Shown here one piece after another: positions 27,758-37,278 of a stretch of 64,000 nucleotides of DNA. The stretch covers positions 20,181-84,180 of the forward strand of contig JAEDEN010000001.1 in NCBI GenBank assembly GCA_016293265.1, written 5' to 3'. Position 1 is the first letter of the stretch. Each line of letters starts with the position of its first letter. The DNA is from Oscillospiraceae bacterium. Its GTDB lineage: Bacteria; Bacillota; Clostridia; Oscillospirales; Oscillospiraceae. The notes beneath the pieces were generated by a model that ran no database searches, was not told the DNA's origin, and saw only the letters and a program-made list of their open reading frames with translations. Position numbers and translations under genes: made by a program.

Positions 27758-29142
27758 GATCTCGTCCCCCTTGTCACGTCATTGATCCATTTGCGGCTGT
27801 ACAGCCGGTGGACGCCCCAGGGCATCTTGCAGACGTTTTCCGAGTAGATGGAAAAGCAGACCATCCATACCGGTGCGTCCAGCACCAATCCGCACAGGGC
27901 CGTCAGCGGCACCGCTACCAGCCAGAGGGGGCAAAGGTCGATGACAGAGGCCATCCGCGCGTCTCCGCCGGCCCGGAGGATGCCGGTGATGTTGGTGATG
28001 TCAAAGGCCTTCATCGGCATCATGAGGATATACACCACGCACATGGTAACGGCGATGGTGAGGGAGAGGTGCTCCAGGTGGAAAAGGGGATAGAGGTGGG
28101 GGATGAACACCGTGGGCAGCAGTACTGCCATGGCGGCGGATACCACCATGCCCAGCAGGAAGGAGATGATGAGCAGGCACCAACTGACGGAATAGACCTC
28201 CTCCCGGGAAGCGCCCTCGCCGATGCGCTTGCCCACGATAACAGCGGCGGCCCCCGCCAGGCCGAAGCAGGCAACAGTGGCAAACTTGTCGATATTGCCC
28301 ATGATGGCATAGGCGGCCAGCATTTCCTCGGAAATGAGCATATGGCCCATGATGACGGTCATCATGGTGGTGCCCAGGCCCCAGAAGGTCTCATTCACCA
28401 GGACGGGGGTGGCGTACTTGACGAAGCTTTTCACCATGGCCCTGCCGGGGCGCAGCATCAGGGCGGGCCGCAGGGGCAGCCGTTTGGAGCGCAGGGCATA
28501 GCCGTAGGTCAGCAGAAATTCCACGATCCGGGAGGCAAGAGTGGCTGCCGCCGCGCCGGTGACGCCCATGGCGGGCGCGCCGAATTTGCCAAAGATGAGA
28601 ACATAGTTGAGGAAGGTGTTCAGCAGCATGGAAGCGGCAAAGACAACCATGCCCATGAGGGGGTTTTCCGTAGAGCGCTGGGCGCCCACATACACGGAGC
28701 TGGCGGCATTGAAAATGTAGCCCACACCCACGATTTGAAGGTAGGGGGCGCCCAGGGAGATGAGCTGGGCGTTGTTGGTGACAAGGCCCATTACGGTTTC
28801 CGGGAAGAACAGCATCAGCATGGAGACAGCGGTTGACATGGCAACGCCCGCATACAAAGCCACGCCCATGCAGCGGTTGATGGCGTCCATATCCCCCTTG
28901 CCCCAGTACTGGCTCACCAGGATGGTGAGTCCGCTGAGAAGACCGAAGACGATGACCTGCAGCAAGAAGACGGGGGAGTTGGCGGCGGTGACGGCGGACA
29001 GCTCCGCCTGTCCCAGGAGACCCACCATGAAGGTATCCACAAAGCCAAGGGAGGTGGTGATGAGATTTTGCAGGATCAGGGGCAGGGACAGCATCCATAC
29101 CCGCTTGTAAAAGCCGCGTTCACGGCGCAGATGGGACAGCAT
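27754..29142 (-). CDS. MATE-family efflux transporter
   Basis: DTFMVG, SQYWG, LIFGKFG.P.MGV.GAA.AT, RAGGD; about 12 TM. Confidence 0.92.
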   Translation of the reverse strand: MLSHLRRERGFYKRVWMLSLPLILQNLITTSLGFVDTFMVGLLGQAELSAVTAANSPVFLLQVIVFGLLSGLTILVSQYWGKGDMDAINRCMGVALYAGVAMSTAVSMLMLFFPETVMGLVTNNAQLISLGAPYLQIVGVGYIFNAASSVYVGAQRSTENPLMGMVVFAASMLLNTFLNYVLIFGKFGAPAMGVTGAAAATLASRIVEFLLTYGYALRSKRLPLRPALMLRPGRAMVKSFVKYATPVLVNETFWGLGTTMMTVIMGHMLISEEMLAAYAIMGNIDKFATVACFGLAGAAAVIVGKRIGEGASREEVYSVSWCLLIISFLLGMVVSAAMAVLLPTVFIPHLYPLFHLEHLSLTIAVTMCVVYILMMPMKAFDITNITGILRAGGDARMASVIDLCPLWLVAVPLTALCGLVLDAPVWMVCFSIYSENVCKMPWGVHRLYSRKWINDVTRGTRS

Positions 29143-29152
29143 AGAAAACTCC

Positions 29153-30292
29153 TTATTTCAGCATGGGCATCCGGGTATCGTGGTGTCTGCGCAGGGCTTC
29201 CGCGCAGGCGTCAATCTCTTCCTCACTGGTTTCCGGGCCGAAGCTCAGGCGGATCACGCCGCCTGCCGTCCGCTTGTCCAGCTTCAGGGCGGCCACCACA
29301 TGGCTGGGCTTGCCCTGATGGCAGGCAGAGCCGGCGGAAACGCAGATGCCCTGGGCAGAAAGGTCGTTGACGATATTCTGGCTGGGCCAGCCCACCAGGG
29401 AGACGGAGAGAATATGGGGAGCCTCCCCCGCACCGATAAGGCGCAGGTCGGGAATGGCGGTGAGCTGCCGGATGGCATAGGCCTTGATCCCGGCCATGTG
29501 GGCCAGCTTGGCGTTCAGGTCCTGCCTCCGCAGCTCCACGGCCTTGGCAAAGCCCGCGATCTGGGCGGTGGCCTCCGTGCCGGAGCGCAGGGCCTGTTCC
29601 TGCCCGCCGCCGGCCAGCAGGGGCCGGGGATTGGGGATGCGGTGACCGATGTACAGCGCGCCCACGCCCTTGGGAGCGCCCAGCTTGTGGCCGGAGATGG
29701 TGATAAAGTCTGCCCCCAGGGTTCTGGCTGTGAAGGGGACCTTCATAAAGCCCTGCACCGCGTCAGTGTGGAGCAGTGTCTTGGGATTTTTGGCCTTCAG
29801 GCCGGCGGCAATCTGGCGGATGGGAAGCACCGTACCGATCTCATTGTTGACCATCATGACGGAGACCAGGGCGGTGTCGGGCCGGACGGCGGAGAGGATA
29901 TCCTCCGCGGTGATGACGCCGCTTGCGTCCCTGGGGGAAACATAAGTCACCTCACAGCCCTGCCGCTCCATCCACTTGCAGCACTCCAGAACGGCGTTGT
30001 GCTCGATGGCAGTGGTGACGATGTGGCGGCCCACATGGCGGTTTTGCCAAAGACCCGCCTGAATGGCCCAGTTGTCGCCCTCCGTGCCGCAGGAGGTGAA
30101 GAAAAGCTGCTTGGCATCGCACCCCAGGGCCTCTGCCACGGTTTTGCGCCAAAGCTCCACCTTCCGCTTCATCTCAAGACCCAACTGGTATTGGGAGCTG
30201 GGGTTGCCGAACTGCTCCGTCAGTACGGCGTACATGGCGTCCGCCACCTCCCGGGGAACGGGAGTGGTGGCCGCGTGATCCAGATAGATCAT
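29153..30292 (-). CDS. Cysteine desulfurase (IscS/NifS family)
   Basis: YLDHAATT, HTDAVQ, SGHK, RSGT, SAGSAC. Confidence 0.92.
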   Translation of the reverse strand: MIYLDHAATTPVPREVADAMYAVLTEQFGNPSSQYQLGLEMKRKVELWRKTVAEALGCDAKQLFFTSCGTEGDNWAIQAGLWQNRHVGRHIVTTAIEHNAVLECCKWMERQGCEVTYVSPRDASGVITAEDILSAVRPDTALVSVMMVNNEIGTVLPIRQIAAGLKAKNPKTLLHTDAVQGFMKVPFTARTLGADFITISGHKLGAPKGVGALYIGHRIPNPRPLLAGGGQEQALRSGTEATAQIAGFAKAVELRRQDLNAKLAHMAGIKAYAIRQLTAIPDLRLIGAGEAPHILSVSLVGWPSQNIVNDLSAQGICVSAGSACHQGKPSHVVAALKLDKRTAGGVIRLSFGPETSEEEIDACAEALRRHHDTRMPMLK

Positions 30293-30417
30293 ATTTGAAA
30301 TCCTCCTTTCAGGGGGTTGTCCGATGACGAAAATCCGGTTATAATCATGATAACCTGCCCTCGTTCACTGCGGGTTACTATTATATAGAGCTTTTGCGAA
30401 AAGCGCAAGGAGAAACC

Positions 30418-31716
30418 ATGAAAGTTGCCATCTACACCCTTGGCTGTAAGGTGAACCAATATGAAACCCAGGCCATGGAGTCCGCCCTCCGGGAAAAGGG
30501 CCACGAGATTGTGGACTTTTCCGCCCAGGCGGACGCTTACATCGTCAATACCTGTTCCGTCACCGCCGTCAGCGACCAGAAGTCCCGGCAGATCATCCAC
30601 CGCGTCCAAAAGCAGCGGCCCGGCGCCGTGGTGGCGGTGTGCGGCTGCTATCCCCAGACCCACGCGGAGGATGTCCGTGCCCTGGGGGTGGACCTGGTGG
30701 CGGGCACCGGCGACCGTATGGGCTTTTTGGAGCTGTTGGAAAAGACCGCTGCTGAAAAACGGTATATCGAGTCCATCGACGAGTCCTTTGAGCGCCGTGT
30801 ATTTGAGGTCTTGCCCGCCGGCGGCCAGAGCCGCCGCACCCGGGCCATGCTGAAGGTGGAGGACGGCTGCGTCAATTTCTGCACCTACTGCATCATCCCC
30901 TATGCCAGAGGCCCCGTCCGCTCCGCCCCGCTGGAAACTGTCCAGAAGCAGGCGGCCCAGCTCAAGGCGGAGGGCTACCGGGAGATCGTGGTGACAGGCA
31001 TCGAGATCTCCTCCTGGGGCAGGGACCTCAAAAACGGCCAGACCCTCATTGACCTGCTGGAGGGCATCTCCTCCGCGGCCCCCGGTGTGCGGATCCGCCT
31101 GGGAAGCCTGGAGCCCCGGACCATCACGGAGGAGTTCTGCCACCGTGCCGCCGCCATCCCGGAGCTGTGTCCCCAGTTCCACCTGTCCCTCCAGAGTGGG
31201 TGCGACGAGACCCTCAGGCGCATGAACCGCAGGTACGATACCGCCCGGTATCTGGAATCCGTGGAGCTTTTGAACCGGTTCTTCCGCCGCCCCGCCATCA
31301 CTACGGACCTCATCACCGGCTTCCCGGAGGAGACAGAGGAGGAGTTTGACCGGACGCTGGAGTTCATCCGCAGGTGTGCCTTTGCCCAGATGCACATCTT
31401 CCCCTATTCCATCCGCCCCGGCACCCCGGCGGCCGGGATGCGCCAGAACCCCAAGTCCGTCAAGGAGGAGCGGGCCCACCGGGCGGCCGCGGAGGCGGAG
31501 GAGATGCACGAGGCATACCTCAAGGGCTGCGTGGGAGAGGTGTACCCCGTCCTTTTTGAACAGCCCAGGGACGGCGCCTTCTCCGGCCACGCCCCCAACT
31601 ACATGGAAGTGCTGGTCAGCGGCGGCGAAGAGCTGCACAACGTGATCAAAAATGTGCGCATCCTTCGCGCGGATGGCCAGGCCCTCTGGGGAGAAATTTT
31701 GGAGGAAACGGAATGA
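30418..31716 (+). CDS. mtaB: tRNA methylthiotransferase MtaB
   Basis: TLGCKVNQYE, NTCSVT, CVNFCTYCIIP radical-SAM motif, TRAM-like C-terminus. Confidence 0.93.
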   Translation: MKVAIYTLGCKVNQYETQAMESALREKGHEIVDFSAQADAYIVNTCSVTAVSDQKSRQIIHRVQKQRPGAVVAVCGCYPQTHAEDVRALGVDLVAGTGDRMGFLELLEKTAAEKRYIESIDESFERRVFEVLPAGGQSRRTRAMLKVEDGCVNFCTYCIIPYARGPVRSAPLETVQKQAAQLKAEGYREIVVTGIEISSWGRDLKNGQTLIDLLEGISSAAPGVRIRLGSLEPRTITEEFCHRAAAIPELCPQFHLSLQSGCDETLRRMNRRYDTARYLESVELLNRFFRRPAITTDLITGFPEETEEEFDRTLEFIRRCAFAQMHIFPYSIRPGTPAAGMRQNPKSVKEERAHRAAAEAEEMHEAYLKGCVGEVYPVLFEQPRDGAFSGHAPNYMEVLVSGGEELHNVIKNVRILRADGQALWGEILEETE

Positions 31717-32288
31717 AAAGCCATTTCTTTGCCTATGTCGCCCGGATGCGCTTCATCCAGCGCTGGGCGCTGATGCGCAATACCGCGCCGGAAAACGTCC
31801 AGGAGCACAGCCATCAGGTGGCCGTTCTGGCTCATGCCCTGGCTGTTATCCGAAATGAAAAGTTCGGCGGCAGCGTAGATGCCGGGGCCGTGGCGGTGGC
31901 CGCTTTGTACCACGACGCGTCGGAGATCCTGACCGGTGATATGCCCACCCCCATCAAGTACGATAACCCCGCCATCCGCCGGGCCTACAAGGATGTGGAG
32001 GCGGTGGCGGAGGGAAAGCTGGTGGACTTTCTGCCCCCGGAGCTGCGGGAGGTCTACCGTCCCATCCTCACCTGTGCCGACAGTGAGGTGGAGCGGCTGG
32101 TCAAGGCGGCGGACAAGCTCTCCGCCCACATCAAGTGCCTGGAAGAGCTGAAGGCGGGGAATAACGAGTTCCGGGAGGCCGCCGCCCAGACCCGGAAGGC
32201 CCTGGAGGGCTATGACCTGCCGGAGGTGAGCTATTTCATGGATACCTTCCTGGACAGCTTCTCCCTCACGCTGGATGAGCTGAAATAA
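31713..32288 (+). CDS. yfbR: 5'-deoxynucleotidase YfbR (HD family)
   Basis: RWALMRN, ENVQEHS, YHDASEILTGDMPTPIKY, ADKLSA. Confidence 0.92.
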   Translation: MKSHFFAYVARMRFIQRWALMRNTAPENVQEHSHQVAVLAHALAVIRNEKFGGSVDAGAVAVAALYHDASEILTGDMPTPIKYDNPAIRRAYKDVEAVAEGKLVDFLPPELREVYRPILTCADSEVERLVKAADKLSAHIKCLEELKAGNNEFREAAAQTRKALEGYDLPEVSYFMDTFLDSFSLTLDELK

Positions 32289-32374
32289 AAGCGGGCGGGA
32301 AGATGCCTGCGAAGGAGAACCGCCCATATTCTGCACAGAAAAAGGGACCGTCCTGATGGGCGGCCGCCTGATTG

Positions 32375-32412
32375 GAACCGCCCTTTAAAACTCCGGTTTT
32401 AAAGGGCGGTTC
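32375..32412. terminator. Hairpin between convergent yfbR and recG
   Basis: GAACCGCCCTTTAAAA / TTTTAAAGGGCGGTTC. Confidence 0.7.
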
Positions 32413-32415
32413 TGA

Positions 32416-34464
32416 TTAATTCATGGCGTCGGCCTTCTGCTGGAACAGCTCCTCCACCCGCCGGGCAGTGGCGGGGTGTTTTTCCAGGGTGGGGTCGTGG
32501 GCCAGAAGCTCCAGGGCGGAGAGCCGGGCCTCCTGCAAAAGCCGGGTGTCGCAGCCGATGTCTGCCACCCGCAGCCCCGGAAGGCCGTGCTGGCGTTCCC
32601 CGAAAAAGTCGCCGGGGCCGCGGAGTCTGAGATCCTCCTCCGCAATTTTGAAGCCGTCCGAGGTCTTTGTCATGACCTTCAGGCGCTCCAGGGTTTCCTC
32701 GTTTTTGTTGTCAGAGATGAGGATGCAGTAGGACTGGTGCCCTCCCCGGCCCACCCGGCCCCGGAGCTGGTGGAGCTGGGAGAGGCCGAACCGCTCCGCG
32801 TTCTCCACCACCATCACGGCGGCGTTGGGGACGTCCACCCCCACCTCAATGACCGTGGTGGAGACCAGGATATCCGTTTCATGACCGGCGAAGGCCATCA
32901 TCACCGCGTCCTTCTCCCGGGGCTTCATCTTGCCGTGGACGTAGGCCACCCGCAGATCGGGAAACACCTCTGTTTGCAGCATTTTGGCGTATTCCGTCAC
33001 GGCCTTGCGCTCATCGGGAAGCTGGTCGCCGCCCTCTACCATGGGGCAGACCACATAGGCCTGCCGCCCCTGGGAAACCTGCTTGCGGAGGAAGGCATAG
33101 ATGCGCTGGTGATAGCTTCCGGGCACGGTATAGGTCTGAATGGGCCGTCGCCCCGGAGGGAGCTGGTCGATGACGGACACGTCCAGGTCGCCGTAGAGGA
33201 TGAGGGCCAGCGTCCGGGGAATGGGGGTGGCGGACATGACCAGAATGTGGGGGTGGAGCCCCTTTTCCGCCAGGGCCGCCCGCTGGGCGACGCCGAAGCG
33301 GTGCTGCTCGTCCGTTACCACAAGGCCCAGCCTGGCGTATTCCACGCTGCCGCTGATCAGGGCATGGGTGCCGATGACAAAGTCGATCTCCCCGGCGGAG
33401 AGCCGGGCCGAGACAGCTTTTTTCTCTTTGGCGGCGGTGGAGCCGGTGAGGAGGGCGCAGCGGACCCCAAGTTCCTCCATCAGCGGGGCAAGGCCGTTGT
33501 AGTGCTGTTGGGCCAGAATTTCCGTGGGGGCCATCAAAGCTGCCTGCAGGCCGTTTTTCACCGCGAAATATACGGCCGCCGCCGCCACCATGGTCTTGCC
33601 GGAGCCAACGTCCCCCTGGCACAGGCGGTTCATGGCTCCGCCGGAGCGCATATCGGACAGTGTCTCCTCCACACAGCGGCGTTGGGCGGATGTCAGCGTG
33701 AAGGGCAGGGCGTCATAAAAGGGAGCCATGTCCACCGCCTTGCAGGGGGTGGTGCGGATCAACTCCCGGCGGCTTTTCAGCCGCTGCAGGCCGATGGAAA
33801 ACAAAAACAGCTCTTCAAAGGCCAGGCGCCTGCGGGCGATGTCCAGGGCCTCGGCGCTTTCCGGGAAATGGATGTTCTCGTAGGCGTAGCCGATGCGGCA
33901 AAGGTTATGGGCGAGGCGGACTTCATCCGGCAGGGCGTCCGGCAAAATGGCGGCGCACGCGTCCAGCCCCTGCCGGATGGAGCGGGAGAGCATCCGCTGG
34001 GAGACCCCGGCGGTGAGGGGATAGATGGGTACGATGCGGCCTGTGACCTCCCGGACCCCTTCCGGCTCCACGATGGGAGAGGTCATCTGCCGGTGCAGAA
34101 GGTTTCCCTCTGCCTTGCCGCAAAAGATGTAGCTTTCCCCCACCTGCAGGCTGGCCTTCAGCCATGTCTGATTGAAAAAGGTGACGTCCAGGACGCCGGT
34201 GGCGTCCACCGCCCTGACCTTTACCAATTCCATGCCCTTCCGGACACGGTGAAGGGTGGGGGGGGAGGCGATCATGGCGGAGACACAGGCGGTCTCCCCG
34301 GGGACCAGGTCCGCGATGCGCCTGACCTGGGTGCGGTCGTCATATTTGCGGGGGAACCAGGAGATCAGGTCCCGCAGCGTGTGGATGCCCAGCTTCTCCA
34401 GCGCCTTGGCGCGCTGTTCGCCGATGCCCTTGATGGAACGGATGCCGGTGGTCAGGTCTGCCAC
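32416..34464 (-). CDS. recG: ATP-dependent DNA helicase RecG
   Basis: QGDVGSGKT, DEQHRFG, SATPIPRT, QLHQLRGRVGRG, DLRLRGPG; GTG start. Confidence 0.97.
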   Translation of the reverse strand: MADLTTGIRSIKGIGEQRAKALEKLGIHTLRDLISWFPRKYDDRTQVRRIADLVPGETACVSAMIASPPTLHRVRKGMELVKVRAVDATGVLDVTFFNQTWLKASLQVGESYIFCGKAEGNLLHRQMTSPIVEPEGVREVTGRIVPIYPLTAGVSQRMLSRSIRQGLDACAAILPDALPDEVRLAHNLCRIGYAYENIHFPESAEALDIARRRLAFEELFLFSIGLQRLKSRRELIRTTPCKAVDMAPFYDALPFTLTSAQRRCVEETLSDMRSGGAMNRLCQGDVGSGKTMVAAAAVYFAVKNGLQAALMAPTEILAQQHYNGLAPLMEELGVRCALLTGSTAAKEKKAVSARLSAGEIDFVIGTHALISGSVEYARLGLVVTDEQHRFGVAQRAALAEKGLHPHILVMSATPIPRTLALILYGDLDVSVIDQLPPGRRPIQTYTVPGSYHQRIYAFLRKQVSQGRQAYVVCPMVEGGDQLPDERKAVTEYAKMLQTEVFPDLRVAYVHGKMKPREKDAVMMAFAGHETDILVSTTVIEVGVDVPNAAVMVVENAERFGLSQLHQLRGRVGRGGHQSYCILISDNKNEETLERLKVMTKTSDGFKIAEEDLRLRGPGDFFGERQHGLPGLRVADIGCDTRLLQEARLSALELLAHDPTLEKHPATARRVEELFQQKADAMN

Positions 34465-34598
34465 GGAGATTCCCCCTTTCTAAGCGTCTGATGCCATTAT
34501 AATGCGGAATGAGAAAAGCTGCAAGCCTTGAAGGCTTGCAGCTTTGAGACTGACAAAAACCGCAGGGAGCAGGATCTTCGGAAGGAGCCGCCGCTCCC

Positions 34599-35189
34599 TC
34601 AAAGCTCCAGCACATACCGCTCATAGGCATTGATGATGACGGTGTCCTTTCGCTGCAGCATCCGGCGATTTCCCGTGCCGTAGTTGGAGTGGACGTGGCC
34701 GTGGACAAGATAGCGGGGGCGGTATTTATCCAGCAGGGGCAGCAGGGCCTCAAAGCCCCGGTGGGCATAGTCCCCGCTGTCGCCAAAGCCTGCCGGGGGG
34801 GCGTGGGTCACCACGATGTCCACTCCGCCGGCCCGGCGGAGCTGCCACCAGAGCTTCCGGATGCGCCATTCCATCTGCCGGTCCGTGTACTGGTGAGGGC
34901 CGCCGCTGTAGAAGGGGCTTCCCCCCAGCCCCAGGATCCGAAGCCCGCCTACGGTGAGGAGCTTGTCCTCAATGCAGAGGCAGCCTTCGGGAGGGTGCTT
35001 GGCATAGGAACCGTCGTGGTTGCCGTGGACATAGAGCAGCGGGCAGCGGCTCATGGTCACAAGGAAGCTGAGGTAGCTGGATTTCAAATCTCCGCAGGAG
35101 AGAATGAGGTCGTATTCCGAGAGGCGGCCCGGCTGGTAGTAGTCCCAGAGGTAGGGGCTTTCCCGGTCAGAGACGAAAAGCAGTTTCAA
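34599..35189 (-). CDS. Calcineurin-like metallophosphoesterase
   Basis: VSD, CGDL, HGNHD, THAPP, HGHVH; TTG start overlaps upstream TGA (TTGA). Confidence 0.9.
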   Translation of the reverse strand: MKLLFVSDRESPYLWDYYQPGRLSEYDLILSCGDLKSSYLSFLVTMSRCPLLYVHGNHDGSYAKHPPEGCLCIEDKLLTVGGLRILGLGGSPFYSGGPHQYTDRQMEWRIRKLWWQLRRAGGVDIVVTHAPPAGFGDSGDYAHRGFEALLPLLDKYRPRYLVHGHVHSNYGTGNRRMLQRKDTVIINAYERYVLEL

Positions 35190-37135
35190 AGAAGGACGCC
35201 CTCCTTTTCCGGAGGGATCTGGTCCCGGTAGACACCCTGGAGGCGTACGATGGGCTGGGACATGGGGAGCAGGGAATCAAAGTCCGGGATGGCGCCGTCC
35301 ACGGCATCGCAAAGCCAGTCCATGTGCAAGATCTCTTCCGGCGTGAAATACTGGCCGCCGTCGTTGCGCACCGTCCCGTCCTGGGAGAGAATGCGGCGGT
35401 GGAAGGGGGTGATGGTGCCCTCTGTGATGCCCTGCTGAAGGATGTGCACCAGATTCTGTACGCCCTCGGGGAGGTCGGGGCTGAGCTGCACGCCGATGAC
35501 GCCGCTGGCCATGCCCCACCAGTAGTTCACCGCCTGTTCGCCGTTTTTGCTGGAGTTCAGGGCATCCCAGCCACCGTCCAGAATGCTGCGTACCATCTTC
35601 ACATAGAAGGTGCCCCAGTTCCAGTAAGGGGAGGCCAGAAGGTGGGTGGAGCCGTTGGGCCCCACCTGAAACGCACCCCAGTGGCCCCGAACCCAGTCCG
35701 GGGTGGGGAGGTCCCGGGTGGAGATGAAATCTACCCCGGATTTTATCAGCTCCTCCATGTGGTTTCCGGGCAGGCAGGACCAGCGAAGCTGTACCCTGGC
35801 CCTGGGATTGGTGAGCTGGGCCCCCAGGGCGAAGGCATTGATGCCGGCAGGAACGCCGAAAATAGGGGAGCTTGCGATATAGCCGATCTTGTCGTGGCGG
35901 CTCATGGCCCCGGCGATGGCCCCGGAGATGAATTTTCCCTCGTAGATGCGGCTGTAGTAAGTGCGCACGCCGGTGTAGGGCATGGAGATGGAGCAGTTGA
36001 GAATACGGATGTGGGGGTAGCGGGCCGCCACCTTGCGGCAGGCGGCGATGAGGGGGGCGGTGGTGGTGAAGATCACCTGAGCGCCCTTTTCGATGGCGGT
36101 CTCCATGGCCGCCTCCGCTTCCTCACCCACATTGTTGTAGACCTGAACGGTGATCTGCTGGCCCATGACCTCCTCCAGATGGCGCCGGCCCTGCTCGTGG
36201 GCCTGGATCCAGGTGCTCTCCGCGGGGTCCAGCTGGTGGATGAAGGCCACGTTGAGGTGGGCGGGGAATACCGCCGAAACCAGACGGCCCCAGAAATTTT
36301 TTTCTCCCTTCTCCTCCTCGGTGTTCACAGAGATGGGCTGGCCCAGCACCTTCACATCCGGCCACACGGCCTCCAGGCTTTTGGTGAGCTCCGAAAGGGA
36401 GATGTCCTTCAGGGTATCGAAGGGGTAGACCTTGAGCCACACCAAAAGGGCATCCGCCGCCGTGGCGTGCAGAGCGTCACCGCCCAGCTTGCGGAAGGCC
36501 TCCTGGAAAAAGAGGAAGCCGGCAAGGAAGCTGCGCCGCTCTTCCTCCGTCCAGGCGTGGTCCGCCTCAAAGCCCAGGGCGGCCTGGAGCTTGGGGAAGC
36601 TGCCGGGCTGGCTGAAGGAGAGGCGGTAGAGCTTCGTGAGCTGATAGAACTGCAGGAATTCATAGTAGCGCTGGACCTCCGTGTCCTCACTGTAGACGGG
36701 AATGAGGCGGATCACATAGCCGGGAACGGTGGGGGCGCCGTAGCTTTTCAGCACGCTGACCCGTTTGTTGCCCTCCTGTACATAAAACCGGCCCAGGTAT
36801 TCGTAACAGCGGATGGGATCCCGGATGCCCTCGTCTCCCAAATGGGCCGCACACAGCCCCACCCACTTGGCGGCAAATTCGCTGTCCTCCGGGAGGAGGG
36901 GCATAAAGTTTGCGGCAAAGGCGTTCTTCCGTCCGCTGGTCTTGGTGCCGACGATGCACTCCGTGGGGACCTCGATGATGCCCAGGTCCACCCGTCCGGC
37001 GATCATGGAGTCGTCCAGAATCTCGTCCAGCACCTGGGGATAGGGGTAGCGCCCCTGGAGGACGCAGTCCCGGTGATTCTTCTGTCCCTGCTTTAAGGCG
37101 GAGTGGTACTGTTCCTGTGCTTCCTGACGGTTCAA
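35186..37135 (-). CDS. Fusion of N-terminal ParB/Srx-like domain and C-terminal BMP-family (nucleoside-binding) domain
   Basis: N-term DPIRCYEYLGRFYVQEGNKRVSV; C-term VAFIH...W..AHEQGR...IFTT...YEGKFISGAIAG...IGYIA...INAFALGAQ..NP; no signal peptide or lipobox; AAGGAGG + TTG start. Confidence 0.8.
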   Translation of the reverse strand: MNRQEAQEQYHSALKQGQKNHRDCVLQGRYPYPQVLDEILDDSMIAGRVDLGIIEVPTECIVGTKTSGRKNAFAANFMPLLPEDSEFAAKWVGLCAAHLGDEGIRDPIRCYEYLGRFYVQEGNKRVSVLKSYGAPTVPGYVIRLIPVYSEDTEVQRYYEFLQFYQLTKLYRLSFSQPGSFPKLQAALGFEADHAWTEEERRSFLAGFLFFQEAFRKLGGDALHATAADALLVWLKVYPFDTLKDISLSELTKSLEAVWPDVKVLGQPISVNTEEEKGEKNFWGRLVSAVFPAHLNVAFIHQLDPAESTWIQAHEQGRRHLEEVMGQQITVQVYNNVGEEAEAAMETAIEKGAQVIFTTTAPLIAACRKVAARYPHIRILNCSISMPYTGVRTYYSRIYEGKFISGAIAGAMSRHDKIGYIASSPIFGVPAGINAFALGAQLTNPRARVQLRWSCLPGNHMEELIKSGVDFISTRDLPTPDWVRGHWGAFQVGPNGSTHLLASPYWNWGTFYVKMVRSILDGGWDALNSSKNGEQAVNYWWGMASGVIGVQLSPDLPEGVQNLVHILQQGITEGTITPFHRRILSQDGTVRNDGGQYFTPEEILHMDWLCDAVDGAIPDFDSLLPMSQPIVRLQGVYRDQIPPEKEGVLL

Positions 37136-37278
37136 GTGAAGGACCTCCTTACTTGTAAACGATTACGTTTCCCTTATTATATGCAAAAGGATACCCAGAC
37201 GCAAGAGGCGTATCCCACAAAAAGAGGATGGATATAAAAAAGTGCCGGCCGGTGGTGGGCCGGACGGCACAGGGAAGC

